Assembly: GCA_963514005.1 (NCBI GenBank)
Contig: OY740795.1
Span: 496,001 to 560,000, forward strand
Direction: 5' to 3'
DNA length: 64,000 bases
DNA from: Raja brachyura
Lineage: Eukaryota
Numbering within the stretch: position 1 is the first letter of the stretch; each line of letters begins with the position of its first letter. Positions 27,081-40,659 of this stretch are shown in pieces. The notes beneath the pieces are model-generated. The model saw only the letters and a program-made list of their open reading frames with translations. It searched no databases and had not been told where the DNA came from. A program made the position numbers and the translations under genes.

Positions 27081-28199
27081 CTGTGATCAGTGCAAGAGAA
27101 GCATTCATGCGAAATAATGGAATCAGCCCATTTAAGTATATATATTTCGCCGCCACTTGTGAATATATTTAATTTCATTTTTTTGAGATGCCGCAAGGAA
27201 ACAGGCCCTTCAGCCCAACAACTGAAACCTTTGACTGAAAGTGATCTTCACACAGAATAGGTCACTTCATGTACTGTGCTACAGTGTGCAAAGGGATGCA
27301 ATGTAGACATCTCTGGCGTTCGCTAAACTGGATGGTAATGAGTATCCATTCGGTATTTCACTCTGTTTTACTGAGGTCACTATCTGTGTGATGTGTGGTT
27401 CGCTATCATACCCACTATATGAACTACGTTATGTCTCTGTGTCAGATAATCTTTAAACAGATACCATACAGAATCTCAGAGACATGGATGCCCACTGTTA
27501 ACGTGAAAGCTAATCCCAATCAAACAGTAGCCGGAATATACATGATCAGAATTGATACTCTTGACAATTTAACCGAAATGATGCAGAATGTGACCGATAA
27601 GTTTGGCAGGTGGAAGTTTTCTAGATCTGTTGCTAGGTATTCTTTTATTTTGTTAGTGGTTAATCACCATCAGAGTTTTCAGTGCTTGAGTAGCAGAATG
27701 AAAACGCTTCATTAATTTAACAGCACGGTCGAAACAGATGTTTCCTTTCAGTTATATGGCGAGCCACGTGTTTCCTTTCTGTTACTCTTGCACACCGTTC
27801 ACAATGAAATGTTTTGTTATCGGCCACAGAAAATGTAGAAAAGGGGGGACAATCTGATTCGGCGGAACTTAAGTGCATTCATTCCTTATGCTATTAGTCA
27901 TTTTATCATTTAATCCATGCGCACTCTTGTGATAATAAGGAGCATCTGTGCAGAGCTACATATCAACAAAAAATTAGAGGGAAGTATGAGGCGTTAATAA
28001 AGTTAATTTAGTTTTCCCCACTTTCATTTAATGGACTACTGTTGTCATGTAGACGAAATGGGGAACATGATCGATATGGCGCCGATTTAAAATGAATTTG
28101 ATGTTACATTGGCAGACAAAAGTCAACATTTACATCGAATAAGTGGGCCGTTCTATCTCAGATTACAGGTTAGAAACATAGAATCATAGAAACATAGAA

Positions 28200-30731
28200 A
28201 CCTAGAAACATAGAAAGATAGAAACATAGAAAAATAGTTGCAGGATAAGGCCATTCGGCCCTTCGGGCCTGCACCGCCATTCAATGTGATCATGGCTGAT
28301 CATCCAACTCAGTATCCCGTACCTGCCTTCTCTCCATACCCCCTGATCCCTTTAGCCACAAGTGCCACATCTAACGCCCTCTTAAATATAGCCAATCAAC
28401 TGGCCTCAACTACCTTCTGTGGCAGAGAATTCCAGCGACTCACCACCCTCTGTGTAAAGAATGTTTTCCTCATCTCGGTCCTAAAGGAATTCCCCCTTAT
28501 CCTTAGACTGTGACCCCTAGTTCTGGACTCCCCCAACATCGGGAACAATCTTCCAGCATCTAGCTGGTCCAACCCCTTAAGAATTTTGTAAGTTTCTATA
28601 AGATCCCCCTCAATCTTCTAAATTCCAGCGAGTGCAAGCCGTGTCTATCCAATCTTTCCTCATATGAAAGCCCTGACATCCCAGGAATCAGTCTGGTGAA
28701 TCTTCTCTGTACCCCCTCTATGGCAAGGATGTATTTCCTCAGATTTGGAGACCAAAACTGTACGCAATACTTCAGGTGTGGCCTCACCAAAACCCTGTAC
28801 AACTGCAGTAGAACCTCCCTCCTCCTATACTCAAATCCTTTCGCTATGAATGCTACCATACCATTTGCTTTCTTCACTACCTGCTGCACCTGCATGCCTA
28901 CTTTCAATGACTGGTGTACCATGACACCCAGTTCTCGTTGCATCTCCCCTTTTCCTAATCTGCCACCATTCAGATAATAGTCTACCCTCATGTTTTTGCC
29001 ACCAAAGTGGATAACCTCACATTTATCCACATTATACTGCATCTGCCATGCATCAGCCCATTCACTCAGCCTATCCAAATCACCCTGCAGCCTGCAAGCA
29101 TCCACCTCACACCTAAATATACCCCCCAGCTTGGTGTCATCTGCATATTTGGAGATGTTGCATTGAATTCCCTCGTCCAAATCATTAATATATATTGTAA
29201 ATAGCTGGGGTCCCAGCACTGAGCCTTGCGGTATCCCACTAGTCACTGCCTGCCATTCTGAAATGGACCCGTTTACTCCTACCCTTTGCCTCCTGTCTGC
29301 TAGCCAGTTCTCTATCCACATCAATACTGAACCCCCAATACCGTGTGCTTTAAGTTTGTATGCTAATCTCTTATGCGGGACCTTGTCGAAAGCCTTCTGA
29401 AAGTCGAGATATATCATATCCACTGGTTCTCCCTTATCCACTCTACTATTTACATCCTCGAAAAATTCTATCAGATTTGTCAGACATGATTTACCTTTCG
29501 TAAATCCATGCTGACTTTGTCCAATGATTTCACCACTTTCCAAATGCGCTTCTATCCCATCTTTAATAACTGACTCTAGCAGTTTCCCCACTACCGATGT
29601 TAGACTAACTGGTCTGTAATTCCCCGCTTTCTCACTCCCTCCTTTTTTTTTAAAAAGTGGGGTTACATTAGCTACCCTCCAATCCTCAGGAACTACTCCA
29701 GAATCTAAGGAATTTTGAAAAATTATCACTAATGCATCCACTATTTCTGTGGCTACCTCCTTGAGTACTCTGGGATGCAGACTCTCTGGCCCTGGGGATT
29801 TATCGACCTTCAATCCGTTCAATTTACCCAACACCACCTCCCGGCTAACCTGGATTTCACTCAGTTCCCCCATCATATTTGACCCCCGTTCCACTGCTAT
29901 TTCCGGCAGATTATTTATGTCTTCCTTAGTGAAGACAGAACTAAAGTAGTTATTCAATTGGTCTGCCATGTCCTTCTTCCCTATGATCAATTCACCTGAT
30001 TCTGACTGCAAGGGACCAACATTTGTTTTAACTAGTCTCTTTCTCTTCACATATCTATAACAACTTTTGCAGTCAGTTTTTATATTCCCTGCCAGTTTCC
30101 TTTCATAATCTATTTTCCCTTTCCTAATTAAGCCCTTTGTCCTCCTCTGCTGGATTCTGAATTTCTCCCAGTCCTCCGGTAGGCTGATTTTTCTGGCAAA
30201 TTTGTATGCCTCATCTTTTGTTTTTATACTATCCCTGATTTCCCTTGATATCCATGCATGCACCACCTTCCCCGATTTATTCTTTTGCCAAACTGGAATG
30301 AACAATTTTTGTACTTCATCCATGCAGTCTTTAAATACCTTCCATTGCACATCCACTGTCAACCCTTTAAGAATCACCTGCGAGTCTATCTTGGCCAATT
30401 CACATCTCATACCTTCAAAGTTACCTTTGTTCAAGTTCAGAACCCTTGTTTCTGACTTAATTTTGTCACTCTCCATCCTAATGAAGAACTCAACCATATT
30501 ATGGTCACTCTTGCCCAAGGGGCCACGCACAACAAGACTGCTAACTAACCCTTCCTCATTACTCAATACCCAGTCTAGAATAGCCTGCTCTCTCCTTGGT
30601 TCCTCCACATGTTGGTTGAGAAAACTATCCCGCATACATTCCAAGAATTCCTCTTCCTCAGCACCCCTGCCACTTTGATTCACCCAATCTACATGCAGAT
30701 TGAAGTCACCCATTATAACACCCATATGCAC
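28200..30731 (-). mobile_element. Young 5'-truncated CR1-clade LINE with a 711-aa open ORF2 (partial APE endonuclease plus RT)
   Basis: ORF 28596-30731: MGDFNL and SDHN (endonuclease); [26 protein letters not shown] and KYADD (RT); (CATAGAAA)n tail. Confidence 0.96.
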
Positions 30732-30739
30732 GCCTGCCC

Positions 30740-33700
30740 CTAATTAGAAAGTAGGTGCAGGCGTAGGTCATTCGGCCTTTCGAGCCAGCACCGCCATTCA
30801 ATATGATAATTGCTGATCATCCAAAATCAGTACCTCTTTCCAGATCCCCCCCCCCCCCCCCCATATCCCTCGAATCCTTGAGTGCTGAAAGCTAAATCTA
30901 ACTCTCTCTCGAACACATGGAGTGACTTGTCCTCCCCTGCCTCCTCTGGCAGATAATGCCACAGGTTCACACCTTATAGGTGAAAACAGTTCTCACCTCA
31001 CCTCACCTCAGTCCTAAATGGCCTATCCCTGAATCTTAAACTGTGACCCTTGGTTCTGGACTCCCCCAACATCGGGAACATTATGCCTGCATCTACACGG
31101 TCCAATCCGCGAACAATGTTATATGTTTCTATAGTTAGAAAGAGAGCCCTTAGATAGAGCTCTAGGGGCTAGTGGAGTCAAGGGAGTAGGGGAGGAGGTA
31201 GGCACGGGTTATTGACAGGGGACAGTCAGTAATGATCACAATGAACGGCGGTGCTGGCTCGAAGGGCCGAATGGCCTCCTCCTGCATCTATTTTCTATTT
31301 TTTTAAAATAAGATTCCCTCTCATCCTACGAAATTCCAGTCAATACAAACCCAGTTGCTGAATTATTTCATCATACGTTAATCCCGTCATCCCGGGTATT
31401 AACATGCTGAACGTAAGCTGCAATCACTCAATAGCATTAATGCCCTTCCTCATATTCGGAGATAAATAAATGCACCCATTACTCCAGGTGCGGTTTCACC
31501 AGGGCTCTGTACAACTGCAGTAGACTCTCCTTGCTCCTAGACTCAAATTCTCTCGCTATGAAGGCCAAACATTTCCTTTCTTAACTGTATGCTGCACCTC
31601 CATGCTTAGTTTCAGTGACTGATGTACAGGGATCCCAGGTCTCGTTGCACTCCCCTTCTCCTAATCCGACACTATTCAGGTAACAATCTACCTTCTTGTT
31701 TTGTCACCAAAGTGGGTAACATCACATATATCTACATTATACTGCATCTGCCATGCTTCTTCAAACTCACCCAACCGCAGCCCCATTGAATTGTCCTCGC
31801 AGCCCACACTGCCACGCAGCATTATGTCACGCGCAAACTTGCAGTTGCTACATTTAATTCCATCGTCTGAATCGTTGATATATATTGTAAACAACGGGGA
31901 TCCCAGCACCGAGCGTGGCGGCACCCCACATTTCACGGCCTGCCATTCTGAAAACGACCCGTTAATTCCTACTCTTTAATTCCTGTCAGCAAACCAGCTC
32001 TGTCCATGTCAATACCCTACCACGAATACCATGTTCTCTAATTTTGCACACTAATGTCTTGCCTGCGACCTTGTCTAAGGCTTTCTGCAAGTTCAGATAA
32101 ACCACATACACTGGATCTCCCTTTATCGTTTGTACTTGTTACATCCTAAAAAAATTACAAGAGATTAATCAAGTATGATTTCCACTTCACAAATCCATGC
32201 GGACTTTGACACATCATGTCACTGCTTTCCAACTGCGCTGCTATAATACATTTAATAATCGAATCCAGCATCTTCCCCACTACCGATGTAAGGCTAATTC
32301 GTCTATCTCACTCCTTTATTAAAGAGGCTACTCGGCAGTCCGCAGGAACGGATCCACAGTCGAGGGGACAGCGCAAAATGATTACGAGAACACGCACGAT
32401 TTCTTTGGGCACCTCCTTGAATAATTTGGGATGCAGATCTGGGGTTTTTCTCTGCCTTCAATCCCTGCAATTTACCTAACACCATTTCCTGAGGAATGTG
32501 GATTCCCTTCAGTTCCACCCTCCCCCGCTCCCATTGTTTTTCCGGTAGATTTTCGTCCTGAGATGAAGACATAATTAAGTACACGTTTAACTGGTGTGCC
32601 ATTTCATGTTTCCCATTATAAATTCGCCCGTTTCTGACAGTAAGGGACCTACATTTGAATTCACTAATCTCTTCCTTCTCACATATCTTAAAACGTTTCT
32701 TACTGTCAGTTGTTAAATTCCCTGCAAGCTTTCCTTCATGCTCTATATCACCCCTTTTAATTAACCCCCTCTGCCTCTTTTGAATTCTAAATGTCTCCCA
32801 GTCCTCCGGTTTGCTGCACAGTCAGGCCATTTTTTATGCCTCTTTCTTGGATTCAATACGATCTTCTTAATCAACATTTTAAATGACCTGAGAATGTTTT
32901 CAGGCGTAGAACAGTGATCAGTATAGGAGTAGAGCAGCAGGGAGGTTCTACTGCAGTTGTACAGGGTCTTGGTGAGGCCACACCTGGAGTATTGCGTACA
33001 GCTTTGGTCTCCTAATCTGAGGAAAGACAATCATGCTATAGAGGTAGTACAGATAAGGTTCACCAGACTGATCCCTGGGATGTCAGGACTTTCACATGAA
33101 GAAAGACTGGATAGACTCGCTTGTACTCGCTAGAATTTAGAAGATTGTGGAGCGATCTCAGAAATTTGCAACATTCTTAGGGGATTGGACAGGCTAGATG
33201 CAGGAAGGTTGTTCCCGATATTGGGGAAGCCCTGAAGAAGAGGTCACAATTTAAGGATAAGGGGGAAGTCTTTTTCGACCGAGATGAGAAAAACATTTTT
33301 CACACATTAGAGATTGTAAACAACGGGGATCCCAGCACCGAGCGTTGCGGCACCCCACTAGTCACGGCCTGTCAGAAAACGACCCGTTAATTCCTACTCT
33401 TTATTTCCTGTCTGCAAACCAGTTCTCTCCATGTCAATACCCTACCACCAATACCATGTCCTTTAATTTTTGCACACTAATGTCTCGTGTGCGACCTTGT
33501 CAAAGGCTTTCTGTAAGTCCAGATAAAGCATATCCACAGCATCCCCCTTATCCGTTGTACTTGTTAAGTCTAAAAACATTACAAGAGGTTAATCAAGTAT
33601 GATTTCCACTTCATAAAACCATGCTGACTTTGACCGATCCCGTCACTGCTTTCCAAATGCGCTGCTATAACATATTTACTAATCGATTCAAGCATCTTCC

Positions 33701-34440
33701 CCACTACAGATGTAAGGCTAACGTCCACATTTCCACGTTTTCTCTCTCCCTCCTTTCTTAAAAAGGCTACTCTACAGCCCACAGGTCGAGAGAACAGAGC
33801 AAATGTTTACCAAAGCATCCACGTTTGCTTCGGGCACTTCCTTGAATACTCTGTGATGCAGATCTGAGAATGTATCTGCCTTCAATCCCTGTCGTTTACC
33901 TAACACAATTTCATGACTAATATGGATTCCCTTAAGTTCCACCCTCCCAGTAGATCCTCGCTTCCCTAATTTTTTATGGTGGATTCTTTGTGTCTTCCCT
34001 AGTGAAGACAGAACTAAAGTACTCGTTTAACTGGTGTGCCGTTTCATGTTTACCATTATAAATTCGCCTGCTTCTGAATGTAAGGGACCTACATTTATCT
34101 TCACTGATCTCTTCCTCTTCACATATCTTGAAAAGTTGTTTTCAGTTAGTTGTTAAATTCCCCGCATGCTTTCTTTCATGCTCTAGTTGCCCCCTCTTAA
34201 TTAACCCTCTTTGCCTCTGTTGAATTCAAAAATATCTCCCAGTCCTTCGTTTTGCTGCACCCTCTGGCCTATTTTTGTGCCTCTTTCTTGGATCTTCATG
34301 ATCCATCTGAGAATGTTTTCAGGCGTAGAAGAGTGAGCAGTGCAACAGAAGCATTGATCAGCCATGATCACATTAAATGGCGGTGCAGGCTCGAAGGGCC
34401 GAATGGCCTGCTGCACCTACTTTTCTGTGTTTCTATGTTC
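30740..34440 (-). mobile_element. Old CR1 fragments (paralogs of 20390-23130) with small plus-strand CR1 inserts
   Basis: Minus ORFs 31688-31936, 32303-32602 and 33579-33782; plus insert at about 32920-33305. Confidence 0.82.
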
Positions 34441-34689
34441 CTATGAGAAATAAAGGAAATGGCCCGTTTCGCTATCTATCCGACGTCGCCGCTTGTGAAT
34501 ATATTTAATTTCAATTTTTGAGATGCCGCATGGAACCAGTCTCTTGTGCCCAACGTGTTCACGGCGATCATCGATCTGCCGTTCACACTAGTTATTTGTT
34601 ATCCCACTTTCTCATCCACATCGAACATATTAATAGCAAAAATACCCAGCCCACGCACAGACAGGTACATCTATGGGATGTGGTAGGAA

Positions 34690-35615
34690 ACTGACACAAA
34701 GCTGGGTGGCAGTGAGAACTGTCAAGAGGATGTTAGGATGTTGGAGGTTGACCTGGACAAGTCGAGTGTGTGGGCAGATGCGTGGCAGATGCAGTATAAT
34801 ATAGATAAATATAATGATATCCACTTTGGTGGCAATAACAAGGGGGCATATTGTTATGTGAATGGGGTTAGGTTAGGTAAGTGGTGGTATAGCGAGACCT
34901 GGGCGTCCTTGTACACCGGTCACTGAAAGTTGGCGTGCAGGTACAGCAGGCAAGTAAGAAAGCTAATGGTATGTTGGCATTCATCAGAAGAGGATTTCAG
35001 TATAGGAGTAGAGAGGTTCTTCTGCAGTTGTATAGGGCTCAGGTAAGACCAAATATGGAGCATTGTGTACAGTTTTGGTCTCCTAACTTGAGGAACGACA
35101 TCCTTGTGATTGAGGCAGTGCAGCTTAGGTTTACGGGATTGATCCCCGAGATGGCGGGAATGTCATATGAGGAAAGATTGAAAATACTAGGCTTGTATTC
35201 TCTGGAGTTTAGAAGGGGGGATCTTATTAAAACACATAACATTATAAAAGGACTGGACAAGCTAGATGCAGGAAAAATGTTCCAGATGTTGGGCGAGACG
35301 AGAACCAGTGGCCACAGTCTTAGATAAAGGGGAGGCCATTTAAGACTGTGGTGAGAAAAAACGTTTTCACCCACAGAGTTGTGAATTTGTGGAATTCCCC
35401 GCCACAGACGGCAGTGGAGGCCAAATCACTGGATGGATTGAAGAGAGATTTAGAAACAGCTCCAGGGGCTGGTGAAATCGAGGAATATGGGGAGAAGGCA
35501 GGCACGGGTTATTGATTATGGTCGATCAGCTATGATCACAATGAATGGCGGTGCTGGCTCTAAGGGCTGAATGGCATCCTACGGCACATTTTTTCAATAT
35601 TTCTATGTTTCTATG
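34690..35615 (+). mobile_element. CR1-clade LINE 3' part (paralog of 23445-24340)
   Basis: ORFs 34738-34926 and 34935-35327. Confidence 0.9.
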
Positions 35616-37424
35616 AAACCGGAGCCCCCGGCAGAAATCTATGGTCACAGGGGGAATCTGCAATCTCCGCAGAGACAGCTGCCGAGGTAAGGATCGAACC
35701 TGGATCTCTGGAACTGTGTGGCAGCAGCTGTACCACCTGTGCTACAGTGCAGTTTAGGACAGGAGCAGGAGCATCACACTAAATACACTCTCCCTGCGTT
35801 TTATATGGTATTGAGGGATCTTGTCGCCGCATTCACCCAACGCTGCTTTAGTCCCAATGTATTTCGTGGGAGACAGTCAAGTGAACTTTGTTATTGGGTC
35901 TCGTCAAGGGTTACTCTCCCCTATAATATTTTTTGAAAAACATTTGCGGGGGCTTTGCTCAGTATAATATCAGTACATTCCTCTGCTCTTGCGGAAGTTG
36001 AACGAACAATATTTATGGAAATAACCGGTGTCATTACCAGCTAAGTTACTCCAGCATCTGTGACTAAATGATTCAATCAAGGACGGATTTTATGGTAGCA
36101 GATAAATTATCTTTTGATAGATTTGTCATCGATTTGTTTTTCAAAAGGCATTTTGTAACTTTCACGGCGGCAGAAACATGCCGACTATCTGTGCACTGCC
36201 AAGGTGAGGTTGGCTAAGGAACATGGAATCCAGACCTCCACTGATCATCCCTGATTTGTATTACATTTTCATGCACGCCTACATTATATCACCCAGTGAC
36301 CTTCACACAGAAGAGTTCACTTCAGGTACTCTGCTTCGGCCAGCACAGGGATATAATGTGGACACCTCTGGCCTTCGCTATACTGGAAGATAATGAGCAT
36401 TCATTCAGTAATTTACTCTGTTGTACTCAGGTCACTATCTGCGTGATGTGTGATTCGCAATCATATCCACTAAACGAACTCCCTTATATCTCTGTGTCAG
36501 ATAATCTCTAAACAGATTCCATACATAATCTGAGACATTGTTTCCCACTGTAAACGTGAAAGCTAATCCCAACCAAAGACAGTATCCGGGATATACATGA
36601 TCAGAATGGATACTCTTGGAAATTTAATCGTAATGATGGAGCATGTAACTAATAAGATTCGTCGCTGGAAGTTTGCGAGATCTGTTGCTTGTTAGTTTTT
36701 TTTTAATTTTGTTAGTTGTAATTCACATCAGAGTTGTCCGTGTTTGAGGAGCAGACTGAAAACGCCTCAATAATTTAGCAGCATGGTCACCACAGGTGTT
36801 TCCTTTTAAGTTACACGGTGAGCTGTTGCCCATCGTTCACTATGAAATGTTTTGTCTTCGGCCGCAGAAAATGTAGAAGAGGGGGGTTAATCTGGTTCGA
36901 CAAAATCTTCAGTACATATGCTATCAGTCATTTTATCACATATTCCATGCGCACTTTTGACATAATAAGGACCATCTGTGCAGGGTCACATGAAAACAAA
37001 TAATTAGAGGGAAGTGTGTGGCGTTAATAAATCTAATTTAGTTTTCTCCACTTAGACTTAATGGACTTCCTTCGGCTTGTAGAAGACACGGGGAACCTGA
37101 TCGATATGTCAGAGAATTAAAATTAATTTGATAAAACATGGGCAGACAAAAGGGTCTCGACCAGAAACGTCACCCATTCTTTCTCTCAAGTAATTCTGCT
37201 TGTCCCATTGAATTACTCCAGCATTTTGTGTCTATCTTCCGCTTATCGTTTGCCAAGACTTATCCTGCCACACCCTCTCCTTTCCAGTTTCCTATCCACC
37301 CCGACGGCAATTAGTCAGAAAAAAAGAGTCCGGTTAGGCCACGTTATCTGTCCAGCACCTCCACAATTGTTCATGGGCTCACTGCAACGCTAAATCAGTT
37401 TGTATATTGCTTGAAAACACGAGA

Positions 37425-37850
37425 TTCTTGCTATTGAGGGAGTGCAGCGTAGGTTCAGTAGCTTAAATCCCGGGATGGCAGGACTGTCCGATGTTCAACG
37501 AATGGAAAGACTGGGCTTGTATACACCGGAATTTAAAATGATGAGAGGGGATCTTATTGAAACATATAAGTTTGGGATTGGATAAGCTGGAGGCAGGAAA
37601 CATGTTCCCGGTGTTGGGGGAGTCTAGAACCAGTGGCCACAGTTTAAGAATAAAGGGTAGGCCATTGAGAACGGAGTTGAGGAAACACGTTTTCACCCAG
37701 TGAGTTGTGAATCTGTGGAATTCTCTGCCTCAAAAAGGCAGGAATGTGGTACTGATTGTGGATGATCAGCCATGATAACAGTCAATGGCGGTGCAGGCTC
37801 AAATGGCCAAATGGCCTGCTCCAGCGCCTATTTTCTATTGTCTATTGTCA
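37425..37850 (+). mobile_element. CR1-clade LINE 3' fragment
   Basis: CR1 C-terminal DNA and 3' UTR ending tctattgtctattgtc. Confidence 0.8.
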
Positions 37851-38049
37851 ATCGAGAAACCTTGCAGAACGATGTTGACCCATCATTCGGGATCGCTTCG
37901 CTTTTCCGTAAGATCACGGAGGACGCCGCTATGAATCCTCTGAAACAACGCATCTTAGTCCTGAACACCACTACAGGAAAAAAAAAACAATCTCACCAGC
38001 TAGCTCATCAACCCAGCTCAAAATATTAACAATGGCGAATATTCAGACA

Positions 38050-38885
38050 TTGAGATGGCAGATGGAGTTTAATGCTGATAAGTGTGAGGTGCTACATCTC
38101 GGCAGGACAAATCAAAATAGGACGTACATGATAAATGGTAGGGAATCAAGGAATGCTGTGGAACAGAGGTATCTAGGAATAACTGTGCATAGTTCCCTGA
38201 AGGTGGAATCGCATGTAGTTAGGTTGGTAAAGAATGCTTTTGGTGTGCTGGCCTTATAAATCAGAGCATTGAATATAGGAGTACGGAAGTAATGTGAAAA
38301 TTGTACAAGGCATTGGTGAGACCAATGCTGGAGTATGGTGTACAATTTTGGTCGCCTAATTATAGGAAGGATGTCAACAACATAGAGAGAGTACAGAGGA
38401 GATTTACTGGAAAGTTGCCTGGGTTCCAGCAACTAAGTTATAGAGAACGGTTGAACAAGTTAGGTCTTTATTCTTTGGAGCGCAGAAGGTTAAGGTGGGA
38501 CTTGATTGAGGTCTTTAAAATGATGAAAGGGGTAGACAGAGTTGACGTGGATAAGCTTTTCCCATTGAGGGTAGGGAAGATTGAAACAAGAGTGCATGAC
38601 ATGATAATTAAGGGACATAAGTTTAGGGGTAACATGAGGGGGAACTTCTTTACTCAGCGAGTGGTGGCTGAGTGGAATGAGCTTCCAGCAGAAGTGGTGG
38701 AGGCAGGATCGATTTTAACATTTAAAAGTAAAGTGGATAGGTATATGGAAGGGAAGGGAATGAAGGGCTATGGTCTGAGTGCAGGTAGATGGGACTACGG
38801 GAAAATAAATGGTCGACACGGACTGGAAGGGCTGAGAGGGCCTGTTTCCGTGCTGTAATTGTTATATGGTTATGTGGTTATATGG
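38050..38885 (+). mobile_element. CR1-clade LINE, second family, 3' part
   Basis: ORFs 38032-38259 and 38301-38858; (GTTATATG)n tail. Confidence 0.92.
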
Positions 38886-39269
38886 AGATGACCTAACAAT
38901 AGGTCACCTCAAAGTCTTTGAAATGTTTATGCAGTTGCCTCATTCTGCTCATCTGTCTCCCTACGTCATCTTGTTATGCAAGAATCTGCTTAACTCTACC
39001 GCTAGCCCTTAGCACTTAGCGCTGCGGTAATCGTTGCGTTTATTGATGTTATTAATACGCATTGTAAACAATTGACATATTGTCACTGAACCTAACAACT
39101 GACCTACCGCCCTAACAAACGTCCCAAGCTTTGTATTTCGGCATTAGATTTGTCTCCAGACATGATCTTATTAGACACATATAAAACGTCCCACCGTCCT
39201 TATCCTTCCCAGGCCATCTGCCAATCGATCTCCTTACCTACACTTTCCATAAATCCACCCTAACCCTAA

Positions 39270-39750
39270 CCCCACCCTAAACCCAGTGGTAGGAATATTG
39301 AATTTGTTATTTCCTCTAAACTTTGCAATCCATCTCTCCAATTCCGCCCCCATACTATTAATCATACTCGTTTCACTGTCGTCCTGCTTAGTTTTACGGT
39401 TTGTATCCACTCGTTACCATCTTTTCCACAACCAACAAGAGGCTATTGTGGGTTCCACCAATTGAAACTGGCTTGGGCTTGTTCTTTAAGTAATTTACAT
39501 TCATTTGTTCTTTGTCTCCTTACATGCTTCAATGTCCCTGTCTATTTATATTTAAGCCAAAAAAATAAGTATGTTACCAATATTGGAATGCCTAATATTG
39601 CCTCTCTCTCCAGAATGTCAGACTGAAGAAGAAGGTTCTGGACCCGAAATTCACCGATTCGTTTTCACCAGTGGTGCTGCCTGAGCCGCCGAGTTACTCC
39701 GCCATGTGTGTCTATCTTGGGTGTAGACCAGCAATTGTAGATCCTCCATA
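39270..39750 (+). mobile_element. Penelope-like element 3' remnant with pLTR-type repeat
   Basis: Similar to the reverse complement of 59190-59620; contains ctgaagaagaaggttctggacccgaaa. Confidence 0.55.
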
Positions 39751-40659
39751 AGGAATTCCTCCGCTTATCACGTCCCTGGCTTTATCCGGACCCCACCTTT
39801 ATTCACTAGTTACTGGACGAGACAATCTCAGCAGTTACAACATACCACTTATTTATCACACTTCAATACAGGTTTCATTCCATTAGCCTCCAAAGACGGC
39901 CGCTGCACCTCCCATTAATATTTTGTGTCATATTCTGCTTCCTCATACATTCTTGCGCCACAAGATTTTTAAGGTACACCTCACTTAAATAATATTGTCA
40001 GTACTTGCTTTCCTTCTTCAGTTCAAATATCGTCCAATTTCGTACCTTGTACACATCACACTGCAGGTTCTTTGTATTAGCCTGACACTTCTTACCGGAA
40101 CACTATGTGTACCGTAAAAAGGCCTAAACACGGTAATCGGTGCATTTTTTGACGTTATTAATATGCATTTGAAACAATTGACATAACAGCACTGTTCTTT
40201 GCAAGTACCTCATCCAAAAACAAATCAGGACACACATTCCATCTTCAAAGGCTTACAGCACGTTTTTCAAATACCGTTGCCAGTTCAAAAATAATGAACA
40301 ATTTGTTAGAAGCGCTTATGATCTCCGAAGCACCCGGACATTAACTTCTTAATCATGGCATTCAATATTTCCCCTCTGATAGATGTTCGACTATCAGTCT
40401 GTTTTCGTGCTCATTTCTGGCTCTCCTTAATCGTGGTCACTTTTACAGTTTTAACTACATTAGAGTTTTCCTCAATGTTACATCATTTCTAAATTGCTAT
40501 TTTATAATATATTATAGTCCATACACTCGCTGTGTCTACATCTACTTGTTTGTAACGTTTACATTCAGGTCATTGAATCCACATGGCTTGGCGAGGTCTA
40601 CCGCATTAGTTTACTGCATTTTCTCTGTTGATTCAGCGTACTTTCATAAGTTCAGATAT

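Larger units (their letters stand above)
27280..37150 (+). repeat. Segmental duplication, copy 2 (paralog about 19040-25950)
   Basis: 27285-28170 aligns to 19125-20385; 30745-32900 to 20415-23170; 34445-37150 to 23195-25890. Confidence 0.85.

Noticed and set aside
27395-27715. 106-aa ORF in the repeated non-TE unit
   Set aside because: The frame is disrupted in the paralogous copies and has no recognisable motif.
39255-39285. (CCCTAA)n telomere-like repeat
   Set aside because: Only two to three units; chance or low complexity.
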